From: a virus
Strand: one strand, 5' to 3'
DNA: 64,000 nucleotides
Virus record (IMG/VR): IMGVR_UViG_3300036760_000069
Coordinates: 1 to 64,000 of that record
In this document: piece after piece, positions 27,125-38,500 of the stretch
Layout: the number at the start of each line of letters is the position of its first letter
Numbering within the stretch: position 1 is the stretch's first letter
Notes under the pieces: generated by a model
Database searches by the model: none
What the model was told of the DNA's origin: nothing
Seen by the model: only the letters and a program-made list of their open reading frames with translations
Translations under genes and position numbers: made by a program

Positions 27125-28530
27125 CAGTTGCCTTTCCGCACGAACAACGGCGCAACGGCCGTGATGCGGGCGTCGGCCAGCGCGATGTAGTCTGGGTTCA
27201 GTTCGATGCCGACGAACTCACGGCCGAGGCGGAGGGCGACCGCCCCAACAGTTCCACTGCCCGTAAAAGGATCGAAGACCACGCAGGGCACCGGCTCGCC
27301 CGCCTTCTTGCAGGCACAGGTCGGGCGCCAGCCAGTCGTCATGGCCTGCGGGAACGCGTTATCGTGATCGTTGCCTCGCGCCCGCTTCTCTTGCCGTACC
27401 ATCGCCAGCCTGTTCGCCGTCGAGCCCTTAGGGTAGGCCGTGCCGGTTGCGCCCTTGTGCGGGATGATCTCCTTCTCGACCACCCGCGCCCACGGCGCCA
27501 TGCACTTACTACAGGCACCGCGCTCGCTGGTGCCGGCGAGGATGCACGGCTCGACCAACTTCTCAGGGAAGGTGGCGAAGTGGGCCTCTTTGAACGGCAT
27601 CGTGGGGATCGTCCAGACGGTGCGCTTGTTGCGGGTCAGCGTTGGATAAGTGTCAGCTCGATCAGGTCGATGCGTACCGACGGTCTGCCCAGGATGCACT
27701 GCTGCTCGTTTTGAGTTTTCGCGTCGAAAGTTATCTCTCGCTGATGGCTTGCTGTACGTGGTGTCGGCATGGGTGCAGGGTTCAGCGATCGCCTCTGCAT
27801 CGTAGTAGTACGTCTGGCTCTTGGTGAGCAGGAATAGGTACTCATGCGCCTTAGTTGGGCGGTCCGTCACCGACTCTGGCATGGGGTTGGGCTTGGCCCA
27901 GATAATGTCGCTCCGCAGCCACCAGCCGTCCGCTTGCAGCGCGAAGGCCACGCGCCAGGGGATGCCGACGAGGTCTTTGGACTTTAATTCCAAAAACTCT
28001 TTTTTCTCGCGGATGGACGCCCCCGATTTTTTTGCAGCGTCGTTCTTCCCGCCCGATGAGCCGCCCCATTTACCAGTAGAAGCATACGTATCTCCGAGGT
28101 TCAGCCAGAGCGTGCCGTCGCTGCGGAGGACGCGGCGCACGTCGCGGAAGACTTCGACGACATGCTCGACGTAGAGGTCGACCGAGGATTCTAAGCCGAG
28201 CGAGCCCGCCCACGCCCCACAAGCTGAACAGACGGCTCCATGGCGAATCTCCTGCCGCTTCCAGCCGACCCGTTTCTCTGGTGCGACCTGCTCGTCCCGT
28301 CCGTTGCGCGTATGTTGCCACCGCCGCTTATCGGTGTAGTTCGTCTCCGAGGTAGCCACCACATCCCGCCAGTCGTGTTCGCAACTTTGTGCCCCCCCCC
28401 AGACCTGCGGCGGGATCTTGTAGTCGCGTAGACCCCAATACGGCGGGCTCGTACACACCATCTGCACCGACTCCGCCGGCATCGTCGCCAGCTCCGTCAG
28501 CACATGGCCCTGGTGGAGGGTGTAGTTCAC
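27124..28530 (-). CDS. DNA amino-methyltransferase (N4-C/N6-A, beta class)
   Basis: TSPPY motif IV precedes DPFTGSGT motif I; HFATFP. Confidence 0.9.
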   Translation of the reverse strand: MNYTLHQGHVLTELATMPAESVQMVCTSPPYWGLRDYKIPPQVWGGAQSCEHDWRDVVATSETNYTDKRRWQHTRNGRDEQVAPEKRVGWKRQEIRHGAVCSACGAWAGSLGLESSVDLYVEHVVEVFRDVRRVLRSDGTLWLNLGDTYASTGKWGGSSGGKNDAAKKSGASIREKKEFLELKSKDLVGIPWRVAFALQADGWWLRSDIIWAKPNPMPESVTDRPTKAHEYLFLLTKSQTYYYDAEAIAEPCTHADTTYSKPSARDNFRRENSKRAAVHPGQTVGTHRPDRADTYPTLTRNKRTVWTIPTMPFKEAHFATFPEKLVEPCILAGTSERGACSKCMAPWARVVEKEIIPHKGATGTAYPKGSTANRLAMVRQEKRARGNDHDNAFPQAMTTGWRPTCACKKAGEPVPCVVFDPFTGSGTVGAVALRLGREFVGIELNPDYIALADARITAVAPLFVRKGN

Positions 28531-30107
28531 GCGATCAGCTCACGACACAGCGCCATCGCCAGGTTCACGGGAACCGCGTTCCCGATCTGTTTGACGCGCT
28601 GCTCCCGCGTCCCAGAGAATAGGTAGTCGTCGTCAAACGACATGGCCCGGGCAAGCTCGTGCGGCTGGAGCATCCGAAAGCGAATGTCGAGCGTCACCTC
28701 GTTCCCGTCCACGGTCACCAGGGCGAAGCGGTCCTTGGCCGTGATCGTGTCCAGCGGCTCACTCACTGGCTTGGCCTTCCCGGTCCCGTAGTATTTCGAG
28801 ATGAACGGTTCGACGAGTCCGCCGGCGCCGTGTGATGTAACAGTCGGTAACGGGTCGTCAACCGAGTGAACGCGAGGTAACTGACCGTCGCGCTCGCCAA
28901 AGAACGGCACAAGGAAAGGTTCGACAAGGCCGAACTGCTTGGAGCCGGTCAGGGTCGGAATAGGCTTGTCGGTAGAATGGGATCGGCGTCTGTACTGCCC
29001 AGGTCCTTCGCGCTTATCCGTACCGTGGTTGGCCGTAACGAGAAACGGCTCGACCAAGGCGTGATGCGCGCCCGTCGTCGAAAGTGTCGACAATGGCTGC
29101 TCAATCGACCGTACCTTGGATTGACCGCGCAGGATCGCTACGAACGGCTGCACCAGCGAGATCGCTCCAGCCGTGGCAATCGTCGGGAGTGGTTTATTCA
29201 CCGAACGCGGAGCCGCACAGCTCTGCTGCCCAATCACGAACGGCTCGCAGAGGCCCATGTGTTCGCCGCCGGCCGTGAGCGTAGGAAGCGGCTGATCGAC
29301 CGAGCGCCCGTTGCCATGACGGCGGAGGACCGCGATGAACGGCTCGGCATTGGCCCCCCCGAACTTCCGCAGGCCCGCCTCGATCCGGGCCAGGGTCGCC
29401 GGCGCGAGCGGGCGCTTGCGGGTGAAGATGCTCTGACTGACGAGCGACCAGTCGATGATCTCCCGCGCCGCCTTCCACTTTTCCAGCCCCATCGGCAGCC
29501 GACCGTCGGCGGCATGGGACGCATCCGGCCAGGTGATCGGCCGGCGCCCACGACGGGCGATGATGAACAACCGCTCCCGCGTCGTCGGGTCGCCGTAGTT
29601 GGCCGCGTTCAGAATCCGATCCTCGACGACGTAACCGAGTGACCGCAGGGAATTGAGAAAGGCCCGGTAGGTGTCGCCGCGCTTGGTTTTGAGCGGCCGT
29701 CCGTTCGTGCCGATCGGCCCCCAATCGCGGAACTCCCGCACGTTTTCAATCAGGATGCTGTCGATCCGGAGCGCCTCGGCCCAGCGAAGCACATGCCAGG
29801 CTGTGGACCGGGATTGATCGGACACCGGCTTGCCGCCGCGGGCGATGGAGTGATGGGTACATTCCGGGGACGCGACCAGCAGATGCAAATGGCCGGAAGG
29901 GACAACCTTGCGCGGGTCTACGCTGTCGAGCGACGTACAAAGATGCTGCGCCGTGGGATGGTTCGCCGTGTGCGTCTTGATGGCGATGTCCCAATGGTTC
30001 ACGGCAATCAGACTGAGCCCCATCCCAAGGCTTTCACAGGCCCGCGCCAGCCCGGTCGACGTGCCGCCGGCACCACAGAACAAATCAGCCGCGTGGATGA
30101 CCTTCAC
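28527..30107 (-). CDS. DNA cytosine-5 methyltransferase with internal repeats
   Basis: DLFCGAGG, SPEC, ENV, RER, QIGNAV motifs; repeated PLPT.T...LVEPF units. Confidence 0.92.
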   Translation of the reverse strand: MKVIHAADLFCGAGGTSTGLARACESLGMGLSLIAVNHWDIAIKTHTANHPTAQHLCTSLDSVDPRKVVPSGHLHLLVASPECTHHSIARGGKPVSDQSRSTAWHVLRWAEALRIDSILIENVREFRDWGPIGTNGRPLKTKRGDTYRAFLNSLRSLGYVVEDRILNAANYGDPTTRERLFIIARRGRRPITWPDASHAADGRLPMGLEKWKAAREIIDWSLVSQSIFTRKRPLAPATLARIEAGLRKFGGANAEPFIAVLRRHGNGRSVDQPLPTLTAGGEHMGLCEPFVIGQQSCAAPRSVNKPLPTIATAGAISLVQPFVAILRGQSKVRSIEQPLSTLSTTGAHHALVEPFLVTANHGTDKREGPGQYRRRSHSTDKPIPTLTGSKQFGLVEPFLVPFFGERDGQLPRVHSVDDPLPTVTSHGAGGLVEPFISKYYGTGKAKPVSEPLDTITAKDRFALVTVDGNEVTLDIRFRMLQPHELARAMSFDDDYLFSGTREQRVKQIGNAVPVNLAMALCRELIA

Positions 30108-30112
30108 CTCAG

Positions 30113-30124
30113 CCCCCCCCCCCC
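30113..30124 (-). repeat. G12 homopolymer at the 5' end of the C5 MTase
   Basis: 12 consecutive C on the plus strand. Confidence 0.9.
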
Positions 30125-30204
30125 ACCTTGATTTCCCGCCGCCTATTAAAACGATCCATGCGCTCCTTCTGGCATTGCCGACAGACACGACGTTGCGGCG
30201 CGGC

Positions 30205-30519
30205 TTAGTTTCCGACATACGCGAACACCTTAATTTCACGATGATGGTTCGTGACGATCACGCTTGGCCGCCGGTCAATGACGCGCCAGTGCGGCCCACG
30301 CAACACACAGCCCCACGCATTAGGATGAGCCGGTTTAAGCCCCCACTTGTCTGCTAGGACACGGAGGTCGTCGCAACTGACGGACCCGTAGGCCAGCGCT
30401 AGCTTCACCGCAACCGTCCGCATAGTGGCAACGAAGGGCGCGTTGTGAATCTCTACCAGGTCCAGGCCAAACGCCTTCTCCTTCGCGGCGAGCTCATCGT
30501 CGAGGGTGAGTTGGCTCAT
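30205..30519 (-). CDS. Hypothetical protein
   Basis: HPNAWG motif. Confidence 0.6.
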   Translation of the reverse strand: MSQLTLDDELAAKEKAFGLDLVEIHNAPFVATMRTVAVKLALAYGSVSCDDLRVLADKWGLKPAHPNAWGCVLRGPHWRVIDRRPSVIVTNHHREIKVFAYVGN

Positions 30520-30821
30520 TTGTTCCCCGTCGGCTTCACATGGAAATAGGTGTGATAACCGAGAATTGCAAACTCGTTGAGGTCGATCCCTAACGCTTCA
30601 CTTTCGAGCAGGCCCGGCCACCAGCCCGTCCAGCGGGCAAAGAGCGGGTCATGCGCCTTCTCGTGGTGGTGGGGTGCCCCCCAGCACATCAGACCCTGCT
30701 TACCGCAGACGCTACAGCGTTCGACATCGCATCCGTTGTGGTGCGGCTGGCCCGGCTTCACGCCACAGTCCGGACAGGGCGTCGGGTCACGGTCAATCTT
30801 CGTATCAGTCATGGGAGCCAT
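30516..30821 (-). CDS. Cys-rich Zn-binding protein
   Basis: [24 protein letters not shown]. Confidence 0.65.
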   Translation of the reverse strand: MAPMTDTKIDRDPTPCPDCGVKPGQPHHNGCDVERCSVCGKQGLMCWGAPHHHEKAHDPLFARWTGWWPGLLESEALGIDLNEFAILGYHTYFHVKPTGNK

Positions 30822-30924
30822 ACTCGACCTCCTGTTTATTGGGCGAGCCCCGGACACCAGCGGCCCCTGCGGGACACCCCCCGGCATTTCGCAGGGGTGA
30901 AGCTGGGCCGGGACTCGCCGCCTG

Positions 30925-32277
30925 TCATGCGCCGACCTTCACATGAAGACGGTCAGCGACCTCGCGCAACTCCTCCAGATAATTCTGGCGGGCTTCGTGT
31001 CCCTCTGGCAGTTGCTGGAGAGCGACATTGAAATTCCGGCGGACGCCCCAGAGGGCATCATTGCCATCGCGTGTCTCCACCAGCGCGGCGACCAGCTTGC
31101 GGATCTCCGCCTCCTGCATCGCACCTGCGTCGATGGCCTTAGCCGTATTCTTTGCACCGTGGGATGGTTTAGCGTGACCTTGCGCGGACGCGGTTGTCGT
31201 TGCAGGGGGAACATTCACCGCCGCCTCCCTTGTCATGCGTCCATTCCGGAGACCGATCTCGGCATCAAGATGCGAGAGCAGGAGCATGTTGGCATCCCGC
31301 GCCATCGCCTTGAGCGGGTCGTTCGCTTCGACCTCGATGCTCTTGAGGTACTTCACCAGATCGTCAAGCGGCACGGCAGGGTCGTCGAGATGCCGTTTCC
31401 CAAACGGCCCGTAGGCCGGGAGCTGCGGCCCCTTGAACTTGGCGGGGGCGGTCTTCTCCTTCCGGGGATCCGGTTGAATCAGCCTCGCTCCTTCGGGCAT
31501 GGGTTCATCTTCCCCCTCGCCTTCGATCTGCACATCCGCAGGGTCGAGCTTCGGGTTCTCCTCGATCGGGGCCGGGAGTTGCGGCAGTTGCTGAACGTAC
31601 CCCAGCCCCTGCTGGCGATAGGACGCCACCGCCTCCTCTTTCCCGGCAAAGGCCAGCTTGAGGGTGTAGTGGGTCTGCTTCTTCTGGTCGTGGTGCGTCT
31701 CGCGCTTCTCGCGCCAGAGCGTCAGCGGCACCATGGCAAGGCGTCCGCCCAAGAGGAGCTTCGTGTACTCCATGCCGCTGTTCAGATCGACGACTGAATG
31801 GAAGGACTTCGTCGTGAGCTGGTAGAGGCCGCCCATGTTGACCTCTGGGAGCATGAACAGGAGCGTGGCCTGTTCCGTACACTCCCCTCGCGGGTTTTCC
31901 TCGCTCTTGAGTTGCTCGCAGGGACAGGCCATCTCGCCCCAGACACCATCTTGACCGAGCCGTTCTGCCACTTCCCCGTCGCCGCGGCATTTAAGGCCTT
32001 TGCTCGACCCATACCAGGCGTAGCTCTGCGGGAAGTCGATCTCAATGTCGTCCGACAGGAGCATGATCGGGAGCGAGACGGGCTTGTCGCCGTGAATCGC
32101 TTGTACTTCAGGAGGACAGACGAAGTAGTCGGTCTCCGTCGGGTACTCCACGATGCTCTTGTCCGGGCGGGTCTTCTGGACCTTCAGGCCCAAGCGAATC
32201 TTGCCGAGGATCGGCAAGCGCCGGTGTTCACTGAACCGGCCTTTGATCTTGGTGAAGCGTCGTCGAAAGTTCTCCAT
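30925..32277 (-). CDS. Recombination-directionality-factor-like (Gp3-like) protein
   Basis: LGKIRLG, TDYF, CRGDG, CPC motifs. Confidence 0.7.
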   Translation of the reverse strand: MENFRRRFTKIKGRFSEHRRLPILGKIRLGLKVQKTRPDKSIVEYPTETDYFVCPPEVQAIHGDKPVSLPIMLLSDDIEIDFPQSYAWYGSSKGLKCRGDGEVAERLGQDGVWGEMACPCEQLKSEENPRGECTEQATLLFMLPEVNMGGLYQLTTKSFHSVVDLNSGMEYTKLLLGGRLAMVPLTLWREKRETHHDQKKQTHYTLKLAFAGKEEAVASYRQQGLGYVQQLPQLPAPIEENPKLDPADVQIEGEGEDEPMPEGARLIQPDPRKEKTAPAKFKGPQLPAYGPFGKRHLDDPAVPLDDLVKYLKSIEVEANDPLKAMARDANMLLLSHLDAEIGLRNGRMTREAAVNVPPATTTASAQGHAKPSHGAKNTAKAIDAGAMQEAEIRKLVAALVETRDGNDALWGVRRNFNVALQQLPEGHEARQNYLEELREVADRLHVKVGA

Positions 32278-32293
32278 CGGGGGCCTCCTTGGG

Positions 32294-32914
32294 TTAATAG
32301 CCGTGGTTCGCTCGCCAGTTCAGGACGGCCGCCATCGACAGGGCGGCGATCTCCGTGGCGGCGTCCGGGTACACGATCACTTCCTTGTAGTCGGTGGTGC
32401 GCCCGTCAATGTAGAGGATCAGCAACTGGCGGGCCTTCTCGTAGCCCTCCAGAAAGCGGTACAGCATGACCTGCACCTTATGCTCCGGTTGCACCGTGCC
32501 GGTCTTGAGGTCGGGGATCGTCAGGATCTGCTTCTTCCCGTACCAGCCATCACAATCCGGCGTGCCAGCGATGCCGTAGCGGTCGTTCTTTGAGGCCTGC
32601 TCGACCCAGCGCGGCTTGAAGCCGGTGTCGTTCACCCACTTGAGCATCGCGGCGTGAGCATAGTAGAGCCGCTCGTCTTCAAAGTTGACGGCGGGGGCAT
32701 CACACAGCCCTTGCATCGAGGCTAAAAGCGTGGCGAATAATCTGTGCGCCTTGTTGCCAAACAGGATCGCGGCCTCCAGCGTGTCCTCATCCACAAAGGC
32801 GAACGGGTCGCGCCCTGTCAGCGCGTGCGTGATCGCCGACACCGGCCGGTAGATTTTTCCGGCCTCGTCTTGGTAGGCGCGGTTCTCGCGGTCTTCGTTA
32901 ATTACTGTGAGCAT
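32294..32914 (-). CDS. PD-(D/E)XK exonuclease
   Basis: AGTPD...DLKTG...QVMLY. Confidence 0.8.
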   Translation of the reverse strand: MLTVINEDRENRAYQDEAGKIYRPVSAITHALTGRDPFAFVDEDTLEAAILFGNKAHRLFATLLASMQGLCDAPAVNFEDERLYYAHAAMLKWVNDTGFKPRWVEQASKNDRYGIAGTPDCDGWYGKKQILTIPDLKTGTVQPEHKVQVMLYRFLEGYEKARQLLILYIDGRTTDYKEVIVYPDAATEIAALSMAAVLNWRANHGY

Positions 32915-33336
32915 CTAGCGTTCTTCATTCTTTGGTCGTAATCTCTGCATCGTTGCAACGTACAAGTTCTACAGTGGCGATTTCGCCTGCCCGTCTTGCT
33001 CCAATAGGTGTTCTTTTTGTCGTAGCGATGCCCCTTCGGACAGTACGTTTTAAGAATGTTCTTTGCTCCAACACCAACGCCGCGCATAATGTTAACTTTT
33101 CTAGTGACTGGTTCTAGATGAGAGACATTAAGACAGGCTCTGTTGCGACAGAGATGGTCAAGCTCAAGTCCATCTGGAATTGGACCATGAGCCTGCTCGT
33201 AGGCGAAGCGATGAACCCGCACCATTTTCCCATTCAGTTTGAACCGCCCATATCCATTATCCAGTTTGCCTGTCCAGACGATGCACGCACCTTCGCAGCG
33301 CGTCTTCTCGTCGATTCGTTTAAGTCCGGTCAGCAT
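32902..33336 (-). CDS. HNH homing endonuclease
   Basis: HRFAY...[17 protein letters not shown] Zn finger; low GC. Confidence 0.9.
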   Translation of the reverse strand: MLTGLKRIDEKTRCEGACIVWTGKLDNGYGRFKLNGKMVRVHRFAYEQAHGPIPDGLELDHLCRNRACLNVSHLEPVTRKVNIMRGVGVGAKNILKTYCPKGHRYDKKNTYWSKTGRRNRHCRTCTLQRCRDYDQRMKNARCSQ

Positions 33337-33338
33337 CG

Positions 33339-34031
33339 CTATCCCTTGTTGGCGAGAGTCTTCACTTTACGAACCGTAATTCCTGAAATTGCACCGCCTT
33401 TGCCTGCCTTAACCAATGTTCCGATCAGCGTGGTATCAAGCATCGGCTTGGTAAAGTAGTAATCGGTAATCTCTTTGAGATCAGTGTTCGCCCTGCTAAG
33501 ATCAGCACCGGGCTGAACTTTTCCAGCAATCACTACCGGCAAACAGTCCCATGTGGTCAGCTCCACGAAAGATACGCCAGCTTCTGACTTGGCGGGGGCC
33601 TGCACGATGGGCGGCGGTGCCACAGGGCGCACCGGCAGACCCTTCGCCTCGGCCTTTTTCTCCTCCTTCTCGATCTTCTTCTGGTACTCCGCATTGAGCC
33701 GATCCTGCTCCTTACGGGCCTCGGCGTCGGCGCGTTCTTGGTAAGCGATCAGCCCCGTCTTGAGCGTCGAGACGTTGTTCGCGCAGAGCGTCAACAGGAC
33801 ATTGGCCTTCTCCGTCTCGGTCTTGATGAAGGCCTTCGCGTCCTTGATGGTCTCGTCCAGATCCGCCTTGACCTTCTTGGCGTAGGCATCGCCCTGCTTC
33901 CAGAGTTCCTTGGCGAAGGTCGCCGTCTCCGGCGTGGTGATCGTCAGGGCCTTGACTTGGGCGTCAAGCTCTTGCAGGGCGGTGGGAATTGTAGACTTTG
34001 TCGCTGGGAGTGTAGTGGGGGGCGTCTCCAT
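33339..34031 (-). CDS. Coiled-coil protein of the recombination cluster
   Basis: GGAGG RBS, helical. Confidence 0.6.
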   Translation of the reverse strand: METPPTTLPATKSTIPTALQELDAQVKALTITTPETATFAKELWKQGDAYAKKVKADLDETIKDAKAFIKTETEKANVLLTLCANNVSTLKTGLIAYQERADAEARKEQDRLNAEYQKKIEKEEKKAEAKGLPVRPVAPPPIVQAPAKSEAGVSFVELTTWDCLPVVIAGKVQPGADLSRANTDLKEITDYYFTKPMLDTTLIGTLVKAGKGGAISGITVRKVKTLANKG

Positions 34032-34197
34032 GGTCGTCGATCCTCCTGGGTTGATTGAACATGATGATGGCAAAGACAGACAGAATCACCATCGCCCATG
34101 CAAGGCCGTGTAGGAACCAGAGCATCCGAAGGCGGCTCCGCTGGCGCGAGGCATAGTAGAGGGCGAGATCGTCCTGACTGAAGCGGTTGCTTTTCAT
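33964..34197 (-). CDS. Small membrane protein
   Basis: One TM helix, GGAGG RBS. Confidence 0.5.
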   Translation of the reverse strand: MKSNRFSQDDLALYYASRQRSRLRMLWFLHGLAWAMVILSVFAIIMFNQPRRIDDHGDAPHYTPSDKVYNSHRPARA

Positions 34198-34409
34198 TGG
34201 CGGCCCTCCTCCTGGTCATTCTCCCACTTGGCAATATCCGCCTCGCCCTTCTCGATGGTGGCCTCTGAGCGATACGGGGCAAAGAACCGAGGACGAAGCC
34301 TCGGGCGTTCATGGGCGGCACAAATGTAGGTGGGGATGCCCGTGGGCCCGTCCACGCGGCATCCACAGACCATGATCCGCTGGCGATCCTGCGCGTTCAT
34401 CGCCGCCAC
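34194..34409 (-). CDS. Hypothetical protein
   Basis: CGC...CAAH. Confidence 0.45.
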   Translation of the reverse strand: MAAMNAQDRQRIMVCGCRVDGPTGIPTYICAAHERPRLRPRFFAPYRSEATIEKGEADIAKWENDQEEGRQ

Positions 34410-34669
34410 CTGAACGGTCTCTCAGATGTTGCGAATCTCTCCTGCACTGAGATCAGGCGGTGATTCAGTGCATGGGCGAACAGCTCAGGGAGGCTGGCGG
34501 TGTGCGTCTTGCGATAGATCGCCACGCGATGCACTTCCACCGTGCGGTTACTGATGCCGAGGTTCGTCCCGGCCTCCTTGCTCGTATAACCGAGCCAGAC
34601 CTGTTGCAGAACGTCCCGTTCCCGCTTCGTCAGGGGCGGCATCGTGCCGGTCGTCCGTGCGGCGATCAT
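34397..34669 (-). CDS. LuxR-type HTH regulator
   Basis: LTKRERDVL...GYTSKEAGTNLGISNRTVEVHR. Confidence 0.85.
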   Translation of the reverse strand: MIAARTTGTMPPLTKRERDVLQQVWLGYTSKEAGTNLGISNRTVEVHRVAIYRKTHTASLPELFAHALNHRLISVQERFATSERPFRWRR

Positions 34670-34956
34670 CGCGTCGATCCCCCGTAGACAGAGTGAAAGC
34701 AATCGGGACAGAGGAGGGTGTAGTTGGGCTTGTCGCACCCTGGGTAGAGCGGCGTCCCGTTCTCGAAGTCGGGAAAGTCACGCTCAATTTTGTCGGTGCC
34801 GAGGGCGTAGAGTTCGCAGGCTTCTTCAGCGGCGAGCGCGATCAGATGCCCCTTCTCCGGCAGGAGTGATGTCCTCCCTTCGATGATGGCGTAGGCTTCC
34901 TTGAGGAAGTCGCGGGGCGGATCAGCTTGAACGTCTGTGGCGTGTGGTAGCGACAT
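34666..34956 (-). CDS. Hypothetical protein
   Basis: GGAGG RBS; CPDC. Confidence 0.5.
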   Translation of the reverse strand: MSLPHATDVQADPPRDFLKEAYAIIEGRTSLLPEKGHLIALAAEEACELYALGTDKIERDFPDFENGTPLYPGCDKPNYTLLCPDCFHSVYGGSTR

Positions 34957-35278
34957 GGGGGGCGTCCTCCGGTTTGAGTTTATTTTGCCTGCACCGATTT
35001 ATACGGTTGTTGCGATGGATATTCAGCGATGGGTTGAGTCGTTCAATCCAGTATCCTTCTCTGAAATAACGATCACCAAATTCGACTCGTTCTTCAAGGA
35101 TTTCAAAAACTGGTCGTAGCTTTGCTCGTTGAAGATCACGGCACCACTGATTTATTCGTTTGTTGGCTGTACGCTTTGGCCGACTCATCCACACGATTCT
35201 ACGCATCATGGGGCGGATTGTCCTACCGATGTATACAACCTTGCTGGTGCGCGGATCTCGAAGGGCGTAGATCATCAT
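34922..35278 (-). CDS. GIY-YIG endonuclease
   Basis: IYAL...YIGRT...R...E...LN; low GC. Confidence 0.8.
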   Translation of the reverse strand: MMIYALRDPRTSKVVYIGRTIRPMMRRIVWMSRPKRTANKRINQWCRDLQRAKLRPVFEILEERVEFGDRYFREGYWIERLNPSLNIHRNNRINRCRQNKLKPEDAPHVATTRHRRSS

Positions 35279-35282
35279 GGCA

Positions 35283-35453
35283 TTACTTTCCGTCGGTCTG
35301 GTTGCGATACTTGTCGAGCAGAGTTTCGCGCACGATTGCGGATGCTGATGTCCCGCGCCTATCTGCTTCGTCGTGGAGCTTTTTTAGGAGCGGAGCTGGG
35401 AGCTTGAACGTGAACGATGGATCGAACGGCCCATGCTTTTTTCTGTATGCCAT
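35283..35453 (-). CDS. Ribbon-helix-helix (CopG/Arc-like) repressor, 56 aa
   Basis: Hand translation: FTFKLPAPLLKKLHDEADRRGTSASAIVRETL. Confidence 0.75.
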   Translation of the reverse strand: MAYRKKHGPFDPSFTFKLPAPLLKKLHDEADRRGTSASAIVRETLLDKYRNQTDGK

Positions 35454-35455
35454 GG

Positions 35456-35520
35456 TTTGAGCCTACCATTTGCTCAAAACCGTGTCAAGTACAAAATAAG
35501 ATTATTTTTTACTCTATCCT
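35456..35520 (-). promoter_or_regulatory. Early sigma70 promoter with operator; leaderless mRNA
   Basis: TTGACA-N17-TAGGCT with TG extension, AT-rich UP element, inverted repeat TTTGAGC-N9-GCTCAAA, ATG 6 nt after the -10. Confidence 0.75.
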
Positions 35521-35546
35521 TTTATGTACTGTTTCGCGTGGCACAA

Positions 35547-38500
35547 TTATGGAAAGACGCCCTCGCCAGCGGGGACGAGATCCGCCAGCAAGGGTTTAGC
35601 CGGCGTCAGCCAGTGGTGGGCTTTGAGTTTGGCGATGAAGGCGCGGCGGTCGCCCTCTGGGAGGACTTGGAGCATGGTGGTCGCGTAGTAATTCTCGGCC
35701 CGTTGCAGGATGCGCCGCTCCGCCGGCTCCAGTTGCTTGACCACGGCGTCCCGGTCATTCTTGGTCAGCCCCCAGAGGGGAGTCTTATCCCGGAGCGACT
35801 GGTGCATGGTCTTTGAGGTGCCGCCCAGCTCCTTGTACTCGGCGCGGTATTTCGCCTCGGCGGCCGTGTCTCCGTACTTGATCGAGAGCGCGATGTTCTG
35901 CAAGGCCTCGCCCTTGGGGGTGCGCCAGTAGAGCCCGCCGTCGTCCTTCCCAAGGCGTTGCTTGTACTTGGCCTCGATGTCCTGCCAGCTCTGGTAGGCC
36001 GCCTGGTCGGGGTTGATCTTTCGGATCCCGAGGAAGCCCGTCAGGTTGTCCGATCCGAGGTAGGGCTTGGTCGGCTTGCCGGCGAGGGCGCGTGCCTCCT
36101 GCCCAACGGTCGCCTGCTGGGCCAGATAGTCCCCACGGCTCTGCATCGGGCGCGGGTTAAAGACATCCGGGTAGGTGTTGATACGGCCCACCAGATCCAC
36201 CGTGTCCTTGACCAGCGGGGTGATCCCCTGCCAGACCTTGTTGATCGGGGCGTGCCACGTCTTCTGCCAGATCTCGCCCAGCGTCAGGCGCCCATGCAGG
36301 TAGTCCCCGACCAGCCCGGGGGCCTGGTCGAGGCCGAACCACGACAGGGCATCCCCCAGCGCACCCAGGCCGGTGAAGACCGGGATGCTCCCGTCCTCCC
36401 GTTTGCCACCCAGAATGACATGGATGCGGTTGGCGATCGTGGGGTCCGTGTCCTGCAATTCCCGCTCCTCGTCGTCGAAGACGAAGTTATTCCAGACCTG
36501 GAGCATCGTCCACAGGGCGGCGGCCCGGATCAGGAAGGCGGCGACCTTCTTACCAGCGACACCGGCCCCCCTCGCCCCTGCCCCGTAGTCGGCGTCCTCG
36601 AAGGCGTTCCGCAAGAGATGGGCGTACCGGCCCATATTGACCTCCTGCCAGCTCCAGAAGGGGTACCAGAACCGCCGCAGGGTCTGACCCGCCACAGAAA
36701 CCCGGTCGTAGGCGCCCAGCAGCTCGTTGGAGAGCTTAAACGCCCGATCCCGGATGTCTGGCAAGGCCATGACGGTCTCGCGCCTGGAGGCCCCCCAGTT
36801 CGCCGGGCGGCCCTCTGTGTTACCCTGCATCTGCTCCAGATAGTCGAGGTAGGCAGCGTACCGGAGCATGGCCTCGCGGTAGTCCGTCCCTAACCTCGCG
36901 GCTTTCCAGTATTTATTGAACGCTTCGACGGGCAGAGCCAGCGCGCCACCCTTGCCTTCGCGGTCGATCGTGGCCCGGAAAGCCTTGAGTTCGTTGAGAT
37001 CGCCCATCTCCTGCACCTGGAGGGTGGACCCGTAGCCCCCACGCTCTGCCCATTCCTTTGCCTCGCCGGTCAGGGGTTCATCCTTGAACATGACGGGCCA
37101 CATCTCTTTGATGGCCTGCTGGACCTTCTTGAAAGCCCCCGGGTTGCCGACGAACAGGGCATCCGAGTCGCCGGACAGGTTCCGCAGGTTGTACCCGATC
37201 ACCCGCCGCGGGGCGATCAGCATGACCTGCTTCCAGTGGGATAGGGCCGCCCGGTTGAGATCGACAAACCAGTTCGGTGCCGGCTGGGCCAGCTCGTCGA
37301 GCGTGACCGCCACCTCGTCCTTGACGACATACTGCTCGCGGGGCCCGCCCTGGGCCATCATCGTCCGGAGCATCTCCTTGGTCAGGCCCACCTCCTCCAG
37401 CGCGTGTTCGTGCAGGGCCTTGGCGAGCTGGGCGGGGATCGTGTCCGCCATGTAGAAGATGTTGCCCTCGCGGGGCTGCCAGAGCGTGTACCCGTCCGGG
37501 ACGAGATCCTGCCAGGTCTTGTACGCCTTCCCCAGCACGCCCTTGATGAACGCTTTGCGCTCGCCGATCGCCTTGAAGATCCCCAGCGCGTGCATCTGGC
37601 CGGGGGATTCCGGGTCGTTGGCGATGGCCTGAATCTGCTCCATCGTCAGCTTGTCGGCCGGTTGCAGATCGAGCGCGTCCCGGAGGCGGTGCTGGTGCAT
37701 CCCCAACCGCTGGCGGAAGTGCTTCATCTGGACGTCAATGAGGCTCACCCCGCCGGGGGCCGCCAGCTCGGCGTCGATCCGCTTTTGAAGGGTCTGCTGG
37801 TTGGCGGCCCGCGCCTCCCCCTTGAGCCGTTGCCGGATGTTATGGGCCTCGTCGACGCCCTTGATGACCTTGGCGAGCTGGGTGTCGTAGGCCATCTGGG
37901 CCATGACCTCGAACTCGGCCTGGATGTAGTTCGCGTTGATGTCGAAGGTGGACCCCTCACGCTTCTTGAGGAACCCCCGACCGGTCGGCGTCCGGAGCCG
38001 CTTGCCAGACCCAGCAATCAACCGTTGCTCACGGGCATAGTCCAGTACCTGATGCCGGAAGTAGTCCTCCTTGGTCAGCTTCTTGCTCACATCGAACCCG
38101 ATGGCGTCCATGGCCTTCTTGTAGTCGGTCGTCAGGCCCTTCCAGAGTTCCTTTCGAGCGGCCCAGGCGGCTCGAATAGCGGGATCCTTCTGGACGCGAT
38201 CATCAATCCGTTCCAGATCGTGCGTGACCGAGTCCGGCGTGTACTCGAACGGGAGTTTGTTCCCCTTCGCCGCTTCGTGCGAGAGGTCGGTCAGCAACGC
38301 CTTCCATTCGAGGTCGTCGTATTGCATTGGCGAGAGGGGCTTGACGATCCGCGCCAGTTCGCGCTCGATCCGGTCTGCCTGGATGCCCTTCTGCTTCGAG
38401 AGCTTGAGGAGGTCGTTGCGGAGCCGGCTGAACTCGGCGGTATCCGGCAGATGCTCGAACTCGCGGGAGGTCAGGCGCCAGACCTGCTTGAGATGCTCTT

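Noticed and set aside
27124-30107. Restriction-modification system
   Set aside because: Both MTases are orphans with no adjacent restriction endonuclease, as is common in phages
32294-32914. Cas4 of a CRISPR system
   Set aside because: Lacks the four-Cys cluster and lies in a recombination cluster with no array
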